A stretch of 52,623 nt of DNA from a virus (IMGVR_UViG_3300044730_000687:1-52623), one strand, 5' to 3'. Shown: positions 8,407 to 17,221, numbered from the stretch's first letter. The notes: generated by a model not told the origin, from the letters alone. Program-made: numbers and translations.

Positions 8407-8846
8407 GTCTTTTTCCTCCAGGCGAACGACACAAGGTTTCGCATGATCCAAAGGTGCCGCAGGTTCGCCACGTTCACCACGTCTCGCGCCCTCGGGTACA
8501 CCTCGACCGCGTCGCACCCAGCGAATCCGCACCCGTCCTTGATGCCCTGCAACTCCTCCCAGCCGATGTCCGCTCGCCATTGGCCGTTGTCGTCGATCTC
8601 GGTCCGGCACACCGACAACCGCATTTCGACACCTTCCTCGCGAAACCCTTGCACGAGAAACTGACTCGATCTCCACACCTTGGCCGGTTTGCTCTCGCAC
8701 TCGGGCCAGAGTTCTTTCGGCACTTCCGTCATGCCGATGCCGTACAGCGCATTGGTTTCGCGCAGATGTTTCCGCGCCAGCGAGAGCCTTCGTTTCCACT
8801 CGCGCTTTCCGAGTTCGTTCCTGTCGCCGAGTAGTTGCGTCTTCAT
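8403..8846 (-). CDS. Conserved phage protein (WxELQxIK...AVEVYP...VNVANLRHLW family)
   Basis: Recognisable motif; ATGA overlaps. Confidence 0.8.
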   Translation of the reverse strand: MKTQLLGDRNELGKREWKRRLSLARKHLRETNALYGIGMTEVPKELWPECESKPAKVWRSSQFLVQGFREEGVEMRLSVCRTEIDDNGQWRADIGWEELQGIKDGCGFAGCDAVEVYPRARDVVNVANLRHLWIMRNLVSFAWRKKT

Positions 8847-9139
8847 GGTTTCTTCAGGATTCGCACCGTCACGTTCCGTCTCCCAAACCGTTTCGCTTCC
8901 TCGTGGCTCACCATCAGCACGTCCCACACCCCGTCATGCCGTCGCGCCGTCCTGTCCTCCACCCTCCTGCGGAATCGTCCGTACCCCGGCACGTCCAGCA
9001 ACACCACCGTTCCGAACGGGACGCTGCGCGGAGCCGCAATCGTTAGCCCAACCCGTGGCACCGTCCCGCTCGCCGTCAATCCGCCCTCTCGTCCGCAGCA
9101 AATGGCGCACACACAGTACGCCGTTGCCCAGCCCTTCAC
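8843..9139 (-). CDS. 3D (Asp-Asp-Asp) domain protein, MltA-like double-psi barrel
   Basis: ATAY...TASGT...IAAP..VPFGT...VEDR...DV...A..FGRR. Confidence 0.88.
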   Translation of the reverse strand: MKGWATAYCVCAICCGREGGLTASGTVPRVGLTIAAPRSVPFGTVVLLDVPGYGRFRRRVEDRTARRHDGVWDVLMVSHEEAKRFGRRNVTVRILKKP

Positions 9140-9489
9140 GCCTTGCGCTCCAGTTGTTCGGCCCGCTCCATCCTGGCCATTCGGTCGAACCGTTCTTCCG
9201 CGTCCCGGCTCGATTCGTCCCACTCGTTAATGTAGACGCGGAGCCATCCGTTAACCACCTTCCCGACCCGTTCCGCGTGGTCCAACATGATGCAGTAGAC
9301 TCGCGGGTTGATCGTGCTGTAGGCGAACAGGAACTTGCCACCGTGCCGCTTCACTTCGGCCAACGCCGGAACGAACACCGGAATGCACCCGTCCGCCTGC
9401 TCGGGTTCGTTCTCGTAAAAATCGAAGTAGAACGCCTTGCCTTGTAGCTCGCCGTAGAACTCGCCTGCGATTTCGATTTTCTTTCTCAT
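9136..9489 (-). CDS. Hypothetical protein
   Basis: ORF in the array. Confidence 0.6.
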   Translation of the reverse strand: MRKKIEIAGEFYGELQGKAFYFDFYENEPEQADGCIPVFVPALAEVKRHGGKFLFAYSTINPRVYCIMLDHAERVGKVVNGWLRVYINEWDESSRDAEERFDRMARMERAEQLERKA

Positions 9490-9516
9490 GGTCGTTTCTG
9501 TATGTAGTTCGGCTTT

Positions 9517-10122
9517 TTAACCCCATTGCTCCGCCATCGCGCTAGCAATGCCTGGATACGTCTGACTCCGCAGCCGCGCACGGTTGGGGCTTGGCCCGAG
9601 GCGGTTCTGGCCTGAGTCGGTTTGGTTAGCCCATCGCGCCACAGGCTTCCCATTGACGACCACGATCCGACCCGGGACGTGGAGAGTCGGAACCAGCTTG
9701 GGCAGGCCACGGAGCCACAGCCCTGTCAGCTTCGATGCGTCGTCCCCGAATTGGTACGGCTGGATCCATTGGTCCGCCGGCCGGATCCGCGAACCAATCA
9801 GGCCCACGGGATTCTCAACAGCCACCCGTGCAACCGGCGCGTCGAGGCACATGCGCGCAAACTCCAACGCCTGCTCAGTGAGTGCCGCCCGTTCGGGCCG
9901 GCGGCGGTTCCAATGCAGGCCGGATCCACACAGGTAGGTGCATGGCGGGTGGAGGATGGCAAGGTCCCAACCTCGTCGGAGCACGTCAATGACATCGCCC
10001 TGCATATGCCACGGGCTGCCATCGTCTGCCGGTTCGAAGTCGCAAGACCAAGCGGTGTGCCCGCGTGCTCTAAATGCCTCACGCACCACGCCGCTACGCT
10101 CGCATCCAACGAGGACCTTCAT
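9517..10122 (-). CDS. Short phage DNA cytosine-C5 methyltransferase-like protein
   Basis: MKVLVGCERSG..REAF..RGH, HPPC (motif IV), ENPV (motif VI), RSQTYPGIA..MAEQWG. Confidence 0.85.
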   Translation of the reverse strand: MKVLVGCERSGVVREAFRARGHTAWSCDFEPADDGSPWHMQGDVIDVLRRGWDLAILHPPCTYLCGSGLHWNRRRPERAALTEQALEFARMCLDAPVARVAVENPVGLIGSRIRPADQWIQPYQFGDDASKLTGLWLRGLPKLVPTLHVPGRIVVVNGKPVARWANQTDSGQNRLGPSPNRARLRSQTYPGIASAMAEQWG

Positions 10123-10343
10123 TGATTGGCCTTTGCTTTTGCTGAGGCTGCGTGCTTGCGAAGGCTTTCGGCCGTGTAGCCGTTGACCGGCTTGCCTGTC
10201 GCCTCAGCCTTGGCTGCCATCGCCTCAAGCTGCGCGGCATTGCGTAGGTACTTAACCCGAACGTTTTCAACCGGGACGCCAAACATTTTGGACACGACGG
10301 TTGGCGATGGACCTCGAACTGCGGAGAATGGGTCGGTTTTCAT
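10119..10343 (-). CDS. Hypothetical early protein
   Basis: ATG directly after the conserved GTCGAAAGGAAACCAA leader. Confidence 0.7.
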   Translation of the reverse strand: MKTDPFSAVRGPSPTVVSKMFGVPVENVRVKYLRNAAQLEAMAAKAEATGKPVNGYTAESLRKHAASAKAKANQ

Positions 10344-10405
10344 TTGGTTTCCTTTCGACGTGCGTACTGTTGCGCGAATCTGGTGCATTGGTCAAGTGTG
10401 TTTTT
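10344..10405 (-). promoter_or_regulatory. Early promoter cassette with conserved leader
   Basis: A-tract, TTGACC-18-AACAGT-6-GTCGAAAGGAAACCAA-ATG. Confidence 0.7.
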
Positions 10406-10533
10406 GCTGTGCGGTGCCTCGCATCTCGGGGCCATGCCTTTGCCACTCCGCTCGTAGCCCAGCCTTGCCTTCGCTCAACATTGCCCCGCCGCTCGTCGGA
10501 TTTGGTTTGTGGTTTCTCCGAGAAATCTCCCGC

Positions 10534-10562
10534 GCACTGCATTGCCCGAGGGGATCGGTCAA
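10534..10562 (-). promoter_or_regulatory. Promoter-like element related to the one at 13702-13730
   Basis: TTGACCGAT-N9-CAATGCAGT shared with 13704-13730; -10 hexamer CAGTGC is imperfect. Confidence 0.45.
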
Positions 10563-10609
10563 CACTCCAGATTGGACTCATGCGCGGGATGTGGGGTTGC
10601 TGGCAGAAA

Positions 10610-10999
10610 TCAGACCGTTTCGAAGAACTCGTCCACGTTCGGGCGCTTGGGCCAGTTGGTAATGACCCCGCATGCGTCGATGTTCATGATGATGTAATCC
10701 CCGTACTCCCCGGGGATCAGACCGTGCGGAACGTAGTCGAATTCCATTTTCGCCACTTCCTTCCCGCTGGCGTCGCGCAAGGTGTACTCGCCTTCATCGC
10801 ACACCTTCATGTGGACGTTCGCCACGTAGTTCGGCCAGTTGCGGATGGTTCCGGTGTCAATGTCCACCGTAATGGCCCAAACGTCTCCCGACCGCTTCGG
10901 GAAGTCGTACGGCATGTCCTCGTTTTCAAATCGGACCGGAACCTTGATGTCCACTGTCGCGATTTCGATTTCTACTCGCTGCATTACGGTCGCTTTCAT
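10610..10999 (-). CDS. Conserved hypothetical phage protein
   Basis: DIDTGTIRNWP...HMKVCDEGEY...YVP...YGDYI..I..G.I.NW. Confidence 0.8.
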   Translation of the reverse strand: MKATVMQRVEIEIATVDIKVPVRFENEDMPYDFPKRSGDVWAITVDIDTGTIRNWPNYVANVHMKVCDEGEYTLRDASGKEVAKMEFDYVPHGLIPGEYGDYIIMNIDACGVITNWPKRPNVDEFFETV

Positions 11000-13056
11000 T
11001 GTTCCGTTTCTTTCGCTGCAATGTTTCGTGTTGCGCTTTCGACAAGTGCTAACGGGAGTTGCTTGGCGTACCGTCGCACAAGCCTCGCTCCCAACACAAC
11101 TTGTTTGTCGCTCAATCTTCCGCGCATCGCCAAGTCCTTCCCGATTGCGCTGTCCAGCTTGTTGAACCCCGCCCCGTCGATCTTCCGCGCCCCGTCGCAC
11201 GACCCAGCTAGCGATTGCAGGGCCAACCGCACGGCATGCCGTTGTTCGTCCGTCACGAGCAAAGCGTGGTCCTCAAGCTGTTTCCGGGTCGCCAGCGGCT
11301 TCCATTCCTTCGCGACAATCGGCGGCTCTTCCATCACCCGAGCCTTCGTCATGGCGTCCAGCGCACGCTCCGCAAGCTCGGCCTTCGCGACGCACGTCTT
11401 GCCCATCTGCGCGTCAATCGTTCCTGGCACAACGCACACCTGAACCGTGACGTTGTCCTTCTGTCCGATCCGGTGTGCGCGATCTTCGCATTGCACCATT
11501 TTCGATGGCACCCAATCGAACTCATGGAAAACGACAAGCGTTGCTGCCGTCAGTGTCAGTCCCTCGCCCGTTGCTCGGATGCTTCCGAAGAACACGCGGC
11601 ACGTCGGATCCGTCATGAACCGATGCACCCGCTCGTCCCGCAACGCCTGCCCGTGCGCCCCGTGGACCAAGACCGACTCCGACCGAAACGCCGCGTGCAA
11701 CACTTCCAACGCTTCCGTGTGATGCGCGAACACCAACACCTTCCGAGTCTCCTCCAGTTGCTCCCGCAAATGCTCAATCATCTGCCCCACCTTTGCGACT
11801 GCCGTTTCCTTCCGGATTCGCGCCATCTCGGCGAACTCGAATCCGCTCACTTCCTTCAATCGTTCGATGGCCTTTTTGTATTCGTCCTCGTTGTCGCCAG
11901 CCCGTGCCACAACCAACGCCGCCTGTGCCGCCGTCCTGTCTGTCTCGGTCTTGGCCAGCACTTCCTCCTCTTGTCGGATCAGATGCGCCATGCCTTCCGC
12001 GCTGAACTCCACGACGGTCCTGGTCTTGGGCGGCAGTTCGGTCAGCACGTCCTTCTTGAGCCTCCGGATCATGATGTTCTCGCGGAGGTACTGTTGAAGG
12101 TTCGCCAATCCATCCTGGCTCGCCTCCGTCATGCCCGCGCCCGGGACGTACCGCATGCCAGCCAACTTTTGCAGGGCCGATTTGCTCCGGAACTTCTCGC
12201 GATCCAACCAATGAAGTACGGGGAACATTTCTTCGATACAGTTCTCAATCGGTGTCCCGGTCAGCGCCAGTTTGCACTTTGCCGGGATTCCGCTGGATGC
12301 CAACTTCGGATCTTCTTCGCGCTTCGGTTTGTATCCGAATATCGCTTTCGTTCGTTGCGCTGTAGCTGACTTCGCATTGTGACATTCGTCTACGATTACG
12401 CAGTCCCAGTTCCTTTCGTTGAGCCGGTTCTGGTACTTTTTGCAAATGTCAAAGTTGATGATTACCACGTCGGCTGTCGGGAATTCCTTGTCGGCAATTC
12501 CGACCGTGAGATTCCGGTTGACCAGCCACTTCCTGCACTCCCGCCACCAGTTAATTTTTAGCCCGGCCTTGGTGATTACCAAAATATTTGTCCATTCCTG
12601 ATGCGCGTTGCATACTCCGATTGCTTGGATAGTCTTACCTAATCCCATGACATCCCCGATCAGCGTCGAGTTTCGTTTCGTTGCGTACGCGATGCCTGCC
12701 CTTTGGAACGGCATGTAGGCCAGCCCTTCGGGGCACGGCACGTCAATCTCCGCGTCGTTCGCCCGGCTCGCATCCACCGCCGCCTTCCGTTCGCTCGCGA
12801 TCTCGGCCGGAATCTCGCGCCACCACGTTGCCTCCCAATCGCCGCCTTCGTAGTCGTTCTTCCCCACGCCAATGCCGGCTGCCTTCAACTGCTCTTTGCC
12901 AGCCCTCCAAGCGTTCCAAAACCGTTCGCTGTGCTCGTCGCCGTTCAGCTTGCACTTCCGCAGGATGCGAGGCCCGTACTTGGTCGGAACCTCGCGAGCC
13001 GTTCCCCACTGGAGCAACGCCTCAAGTTGCGCGATGATTTCTGGCGCGAGTTGCAT
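10996..13056 (-). CDS. SNF2-family (SF2) helicase/ATPase, SMARCAL1/HARP-like
   Basis: DVMGLGKT, VDECH, LTGTP, MIRRLK, GEGLTLT, QCEDRAHRIGQ. Confidence 0.95.
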   Translation of the reverse strand: MQLAPEIIAQLEALLQWGTAREVPTKYGPRILRKCKLNGDEHSERFWNAWRAGKEQLKAAGIGVGKNDYEGGDWEATWWREIPAEIASERKAAVDASRANDAEIDVPCPEGLAYMPFQRAGIAYATKRNSTLIGDVMGLGKTIQAIGVCNAHQEWTNILVITKAGLKINWWRECRKWLVNRNLTVGIADKEFPTADVVIINFDICKKYQNRLNERNWDCVIVDECHNAKSATAQRTKAIFGYKPKREEDPKLASSGIPAKCKLALTGTPIENCIEEMFPVLHWLDREKFRSKSALQKLAGMRYVPGAGMTEASQDGLANLQQYLRENIMIRRLKKDVLTELPPKTRTVVEFSAEGMAHLIRQEEEVLAKTETDRTAAQAALVVARAGDNEDEYKKAIERLKEVSGFEFAEMARIRKETAVAKVGQMIEHLREQLEETRKVLVFAHHTEALEVLHAAFRSESVLVHGAHGQALRDERVHRFMTDPTCRVFFGSIRATGEGLTLTAATLVVFHEFDWVPSKMVQCEDRAHRIGQKDNVTVQVCVVPGTIDAQMGKTCVAKAELAERALDAMTKARVMEEPPIVAKEWKPLATRKQLEDHALLVTDEQRHAVRLALQSLAGSCDGARKIDGAGFNKLDSAIGKDLAMRGRLSDKQVVLGARLVRRYAKQLPLALVESATRNIAAKETEQ

Positions 13057-13060
13057 GCTC

Positions 13061-13678
13061 CTAGAATTGGTGAGCTTCGGCCTCGGCTCGCGTAATGTAG
13101 AAGTGAATCCCGCCAGCGCACTCTTGCCATCGGTCTTCGCACCACGCATCGCATCGCACGGTCAGCCCTGGGCTGTATTTCGTTCTTACATCTCGATCCG
13201 AGTATCCTTCGCCTTCCAGCACCTCCACGAATTCTGCGCGGCACTTGCGGCCCGATGCGTTAGATCGGCGAGCGTTTGGTGGAATTCTCAGTTTTACGAT
13301 TGCTCCTCCCCTGACTTTTTTCCATCCAATCAAATCGCCTTCGGGCAAAATGATTATTTGAGCAATGGCCGTTTCCGCATTTTTGGCACCACTCAGGTCG
13401 GCACCACTCAGGTCGGCACTCCTCAGGTCGGCACCACTCAGGTTGGCACTCCTCAGGTTGGCACCACTCAGGTCGGCACTCCTCAGGTTGGCACCACTCA
13501 GGTTGGCACTCCTCAGGTCGGCACTCCTCAGGTTGGCACTCCTCAGGTCGGCACCACTCAGGTTGGCACCACTCAGGTCGGCACTCCTCAGGTCGGCACT
13601 CTTGCCCGCTTCGCGGCCTTGCAGCCACATTGCATGGGCTTCAAGGATTTGTTTGAGTTCTTCCGGCGTTGGTTTCAT
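13061..13678 (-). CDS. Pentapeptide-repeat protein with a DUF5758-like C-terminal domain
   Basis: A(D/N)L(R/S)(S/G) repeats; [25 protein letters not shown]...[11 protein letters not shown]. Confidence 0.92.
   Translation of the reverse strand: MKPTPEELKQILEAHAMWLQGREAGKSADLRSADLSGANLSGADLRSANLRSADLRSANLSGANLRSADLSGANLRSANLSGADLRSADLSGADLSGAKNAETAIAQIIILPEGDLIGWKKVRGGAIVKLRIPPNARRSNASGRKCRAEFVEVLEGEGYSDRDVRTKYSPGLTVRCDAWCEDRWQECAGGIHFYITRAEAEAHQF
13385..13599. repeat. About 14 tandem 15-bp repeats encoding the pentapeptides
   Basis: Unit ggcac(ca/tc)ctcaggt(c/t). Confidence 0.95.
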
Positions 13679-13740
13679 TCGGTTTTTCTTTCGACGTGGC
13701 TAGACTGCATTGGTCCTGTGCATCGGTCAAATGCTTTTTT
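13679..13740 (-). promoter_or_regulatory. Early promoter cassette
   Basis: A-tract, TTGACC-17-CAGTCT-6-GTCGAAAGAAAAACCGA-ATG. Confidence 0.7.
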
Positions 13741-14161
13741 GCAGTTCTTCGACCGTCACCGTGACGCCCGGCTTACCTCGCGTTGTCGTCTGCCCGTACT
13801 GCCACAAGATCCTCCCGTCCTTGTCCTCCAGGCCCAAGCTGGCGGATATCGCGTCCACCAAAGGCTTCAGGCTCGCCTTCAGGTTGTCGTGCTCGTCCAT
13901 CAGCTTCCGACTCCTGACGTGGAGCGTGACGCAAACTCTCGGCGAAGCGTCAGGATCAGTTCTCCCGCCTGACTTCCGACCCGTGTTGCTTCCTGCCACG
14001 CCAGTCCCGCCCGTTTCCTGTGCCGATGACTTGCGCTCCAATGCTCGCCCCGCGTTCGGTTCGGGGACCTGGGAGCCCAATCCACCACGCACGCGGCTTG
14101 GGTGACTCCACCCGTCTCCCGTCTTGATCCAGTGGCTTGGGACATGCGCTGGCCTGTTCAC
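13727..14161 (-). CDS. RusA-like Holliday junction resolvase
   Basis: MDEHDNLKASLKPLVDAI...GLEDKD...VTVTV; GTG start overlaps upstream stop. Confidence 0.65.
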   Translation of the reverse strand: MNRPAHVPSHWIKTGDGWSHPSRVRGGLGSQVPEPNAGRALERKSSAQETGGTGVAGSNTGRKSGGRTDPDASPRVCVTLHVRSRKLMDEHDNLKASLKPLVDAISASLGLEDKDGRILWQYGQTTTRGKPGVTVTVEELQKSI

Positions 14162-14475
14162 AACACGGGAAGCAATCGTTGGCCGTTCAACAACTCGATC
14201 AGTTCGGGCATCGTGATGTCGCGAGTCGATTCCGTGCGCCCGTGTTTCTTGCGAACCTTCAGGACGTTGTGTTTTGGGTCGTAACAGAATCGCCAGATTT
14301 GCGAGCCGATGGTCGTTTCCCAACGAGCCATTCGGGAGCGTGGTCCCCGTTTCGGTCTTTTCGCGGGGGTTGATTGTGGCCTCGCTTCCAGCCCGCTCGC
14401 CTCTGGGGCCACAACTGGCTCCCGTAGTGGACTGGCTTCGGTTCCTTCGTGTCGCTCGGTTGTCTGCGTTTCCAT
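14158..14475 (-). CDS. Hypothetical protein (start uncertain)
   Basis: Its stop is coupled to the RusA-like start. Confidence 0.5.
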   Translation of the reverse strand: METQTTERHEGTEASPLREPVVAPEASGLEARPQSTPAKRPKRGPRSRMARWETTIGSQIWRFCYDPKHNVLKVRKKHGRTESTRDITMPELIELLNGQRLLPVL

Positions 14476-14509
14476 GCTTCCTTTTCGGCCTCAGTGTGGG
14501 GAATGAACT

Positions 14510-14866
14510 TCACCATGGTCTCGTTGGTTTCGGGGTTTCGTCCGGCACATTCCAAAGTCCTTTCGCGCACAGGAACCCTTCACGGCGCGATCTTTCCGGG
14601 TTGTTTCCAATCCATGCGTGACACTCGCGGCACACCGCTCTCCAGTGACGCCAATCGAGCAACAGCGTCCCGCTTCGGCCTCGGGTATGATGGACATCCT
14701 GAGTCGGTCGTTGGTTGCATCGTTGACACTCCGGATGGGTCCGCTTGAACCTCCTGACAAGCCTGAAATATTCTACCTCCCGGTCCGGCTGTTCCGGTTC
14801 CATTTGTTCCGGGAATGCAGTGGTCCACAGGGCTTTGGGTCTCGGCTCTTTTCGTCTCGCGATCAC
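14510..14866 (-). CDS. HNH endonuclease-like protein
   Basis: CQRC...DVHH...VCRECH..I. Confidence 0.75.
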   Translation of the reverse strand: MIARRKEPRPKALWTTAFPEQMEPEQPDREVEYFRLVRRFKRTHPECQRCNQRPTQDVHHTRGRSGTLLLDWRHWRAVCRECHAWIGNNPERSRREGFLCAKGLWNVPDETPKPTRPW

Positions 14867-15161
14867 GTTTCGTTTCCTCTCGCTTCATTGCCACGTAACG
14901 GGTCCACCATTCCAACGCGCTGTATTCCCTCACGACCTTGACGTGCCAACAGGCCAGTCGTCTGTCTGGCTTTGCTCCGCGCTCAAGCAATCCCGCGTAG
15001 TGAATCCCGAAGTCTTCGCACCCGCACTTTCCGTTTCCTCCGTACCACGTCATGTCCACCCGATGACGAATGCTTGGCCGGCTCCTGCTTTGCACCCAAT
15101 ACACGCCAAACTCGCCTTCGACAGGTTCGACGACCGGGAGCAATGTCGGTTTCCTTTTCAC
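14580..15161 (-). CDS. SWIM-type zinc-finger protein (C-terminal extension overlaps the HNH gene)
   Basis: KCGCEDF...ACWHV (CxC-xn-CxH). Confidence 0.6.
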   Translation of the reverse strand: MKRKPTLLPVVEPVEGEFGVYWVQSRSRPSIRHRVDMTWYGGNGKCGCEDFGIHYAGLLERGAKPDRRLACWHVKVVREYSALEWWTRYVAMKREETKRDRETKRAETQSPVDHCIPGTNGTGTAGPGGRIFQACQEVQADPSGVSTMQPTTDSGCPSYPRPKRDAVARLASLESGVPRVSRMDWKQPGKIAP

Positions 15162-16033
15162 TCGCAATATCCGCTCATGCACTTTGCCCCGTCGTCGTCT
15201 TCCTGAAACATGAAGTCAAATCCGGATTGAACGCCTCCGCGTAACGTCTTTGACCATCGTACCACGTCGTCGATTGTTCCGATTGTATATTCGACTCCTT
15301 TGCGATTCGTGTATCGTTTAGAATGCTGGGCATTTGGAATTGCTGTAGCCGGAAAAAAAGTAGCGATTCCCGCGTGTGGTCTGGCTAATCCTACTAGTCT
15401 CTCCCATTCTCTGTACTCGTCTATTACTTCCGGTCGCTTTTTTGCGGTCCTTCGCACGTCTTCTTTTCCGCTCATGCAGCACAGTCTGCACCCGACGCGC
15501 TTCCATCCCTGCTTATACAAAGGATTGATTGGTATTCCCCATTCTTTATGCGCGTCCCAAACGTCTCCGATTGACCAATCAAGCAACGGGCGCCTCACCT
15601 TAGACTTCATTGGTTCGCTGTAATCCCATTCGTCCAACATTGATCGTTGCACGGATTCATCGCGGCGAACGCCGCTGTGAGAAATCACTTCGTAGCCATC
15701 GAGCCACAGCTCTTGAATATAAGCGATGCTTGGACGGATCTTAAGCCAGTCGGTACAGAATCGAGCCATGGAAGAAGGAAAGCGTTGCTTCCAAATGGCC
15801 AACCGAAGAAAACCCATCGACTTCATCCACCGTACCGGAGCGACGCCCCTAGCCTGACCGTACGCATCCAAGGCACGAATCTGTTCGTATACCTCCGGAT
15901 ATTCGTTCTCCGTGTCAGCAAATGAACCTCGGATTGATTCAATCGAATAGCCCGACTCGTTGATTGCCCACCCCCACAAAGCCGTCGAGTCTTTGCCTCC
16001 GCTCAACCCAAAATGGTTTATGGTTTTTGACAT
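15158..16033 (-). CDS. PAPS-reductase-family (PP-loop) protein, second copy
   Basis: LSGGKDS, FADTENE, RFCT..LK, GVRRDES, RPLLDW, NPLYKQG..RVGCRLC. Confidence 0.92.
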   Translation of the reverse strand: MSKTINHFGLSGGKDSTALWGWAINESGYSIESIRGSFADTENEYPEVYEQIRALDAYGQARGVAPVRWMKSMGFLRLAIWKQRFPSSMARFCTDWLKIRPSIAYIQELWLDGYEVISHSGVRRDESVQRSMLDEWDYSEPMKSKVRRPLLDWSIGDVWDAHKEWGIPINPLYKQGWKRVGCRLCCMSGKEDVRRTAKKRPEVIDEYREWERLVGLARPHAGIATFFPATAIPNAQHSKRYTNRKGVEYTIGTIDDVVRWSKTLRGGVQSGFDFMFQEDDDGAKCMSGYCE

Positions 16034-16039
16034 GGGGAT

Positions 16040-16294
16040 TCACGCGGCCGGCTTCTCGGGTTCGTCCTTGATGGTCACGACATGGTACGCCACGACGCTC
16101 GGAACAATGCCCTTGATTTGCTGCTCAAGCTGGTCATTCGTCATTGCGAAATACTTCGCATCGTCCATCGGTAGGATCGCCTTCCATTCTTTCAACGTGT
16201 GATGCCCTGCGTACGCCAGCACAACCCTGGTCGGGCACGGCGGGAGTTGGCGTTCCAGCCACTCGATTTGTTCCTTTGTCGCGTTCTTCAGCAT
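16040..16294 (-). CDS. Hypothetical protein
   Basis: ORF in the array. Confidence 0.55.
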   Translation of the reverse strand: MLKNATKEQIEWLERQLPPCPTRVVLAYAGHHTLKEWKAILPMDDAKYFAMTNDQLEQQIKGIVPSVVAYHVVTIKDEPEKPAA

Positions 16295-16869
16295 ACTGCT
16301 TTCGGTTGGTGTTTCGGTTTGTCGCGCCAATCGTAAACGTGCGCGTAAATCTTCGTCCCTCGATTCGCCCCAATCGGAACCCACAACACGTTCACGGCCT
16401 TCCCAAGCGCGGCCAGTGCCGGGTGCCCCTCAAGGTTGCCTTCGACGTGGCAGAACGTCTTGACGCTGTAGCCTTCCTTGTGGATCTCGCTGTGCGCCGT
16501 TGCCGGAACTTCGAACACCTGCTCGCACACGTCCCGCAACAGGTTCTCGGCCGGTCGCAGGTCAGCGTTCGGATCGGGTGCAACGCGCATGTAGCGCGCT
16601 TCCGGTTCCTCGTTCGGAATCATCCGGTCCACCCGCGTCTTGATCCCGCTCCCCGTTGCCATCAGGCCAAGCAAATCGGCCAGCGCACAAATCACGCTCC
16701 CTCGATCTCCCACGAGCCTCTTGGTGTCGCACGGATTCGCTTCAAACGACACGACGCAAACGCCTGGGCTTTGGTCCACCAGCATCTTCATCTGTTCGGG
16801 CACGCGGCAGATTTCCAACGCCACGCGCTCCAACAATCGCAACGCTGAGTCGAGCCGGTTTTCGTTCAT
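16288..16869 (-). CDS. KhpA-like KH-domain RNA-binding protein
   Basis: ICRVPEQM...ANPCDTKRLVGDRGSVICAL resembles KhpA (D.G.VIG..G..A.A.R); GxxG loop GDRG; second degenerate repeat. Confidence 0.7.
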   Translation of the reverse strand: MNENRLDSALRLLERVALEICRVPEQMKMLVDQSPGVCVVSFEANPCDTKRLVGDRGSVICALADLLGLMATGSGIKTRVDRMIPNEEPEARYMRVAPDPNADLRPAENLLRDVCEQVFEVPATAHSEIHKEGYSVKTFCHVEGNLEGHPALAALGKAVNVLWVPIGANRGTKIYAHVYDWRDKPKHQPKAVC

Positions 16870-17177
16870 CAGTCCTCGCCTCCCGTCGTGTCTTCCATTG
16901 GGAGCCCCGGTTGCTTCGGGTCCTCGCTCGTGTAGGTCCTGCTGTCCCGCGTCGCGTTGCTGAAGCTCAAGCGCACGACCACGATGGGAGCCGATTGGCT
17001 CGTGTCGATCTTGGCGGAGAACCGCACCGTCACCTTGTTGCCGTCGCTTTCGCTGAGAAGCTCGGTGAGTTTGTCCGCATGATCCTTGAACAGGTCCGAC
17101 ACGCCTCGCGTGATGTTGTCGTGGATTTCCTGCTCGGCTTCCGTCATGCCTTCCAGTTTGACTTTCTTTCGTGCCAT
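16869..17177 (-). CDS. Hypothetical protein
   Basis: ORF with SD, coupled to the KH gene. Confidence 0.65.
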   Translation of the reverse strand: MARKKVKLEGMTEAEQEIHDNITRGVSDLFKDHADKLTELLSESDGNKVTVRFSAKIDTSQSAPIVVVRLSFSNATRDSRTYTSEDPKQPGLPMEDTTGGED

Positions 17178-17221
17178 GTTCGCCCTTTCCTTCGTTTTGG
17201 TTTCCCGCTTGCGTTAGCTCT

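Noticed and set aside
13385-13599. Tandem array as CRISPR, or plus-strand GT(T/P)QV and Cys-rich PEEC/PEWC repeat proteins
   Set aside because: There are no unique spacers; the alternative ORFs are shadow frames of the pentapeptide gene.
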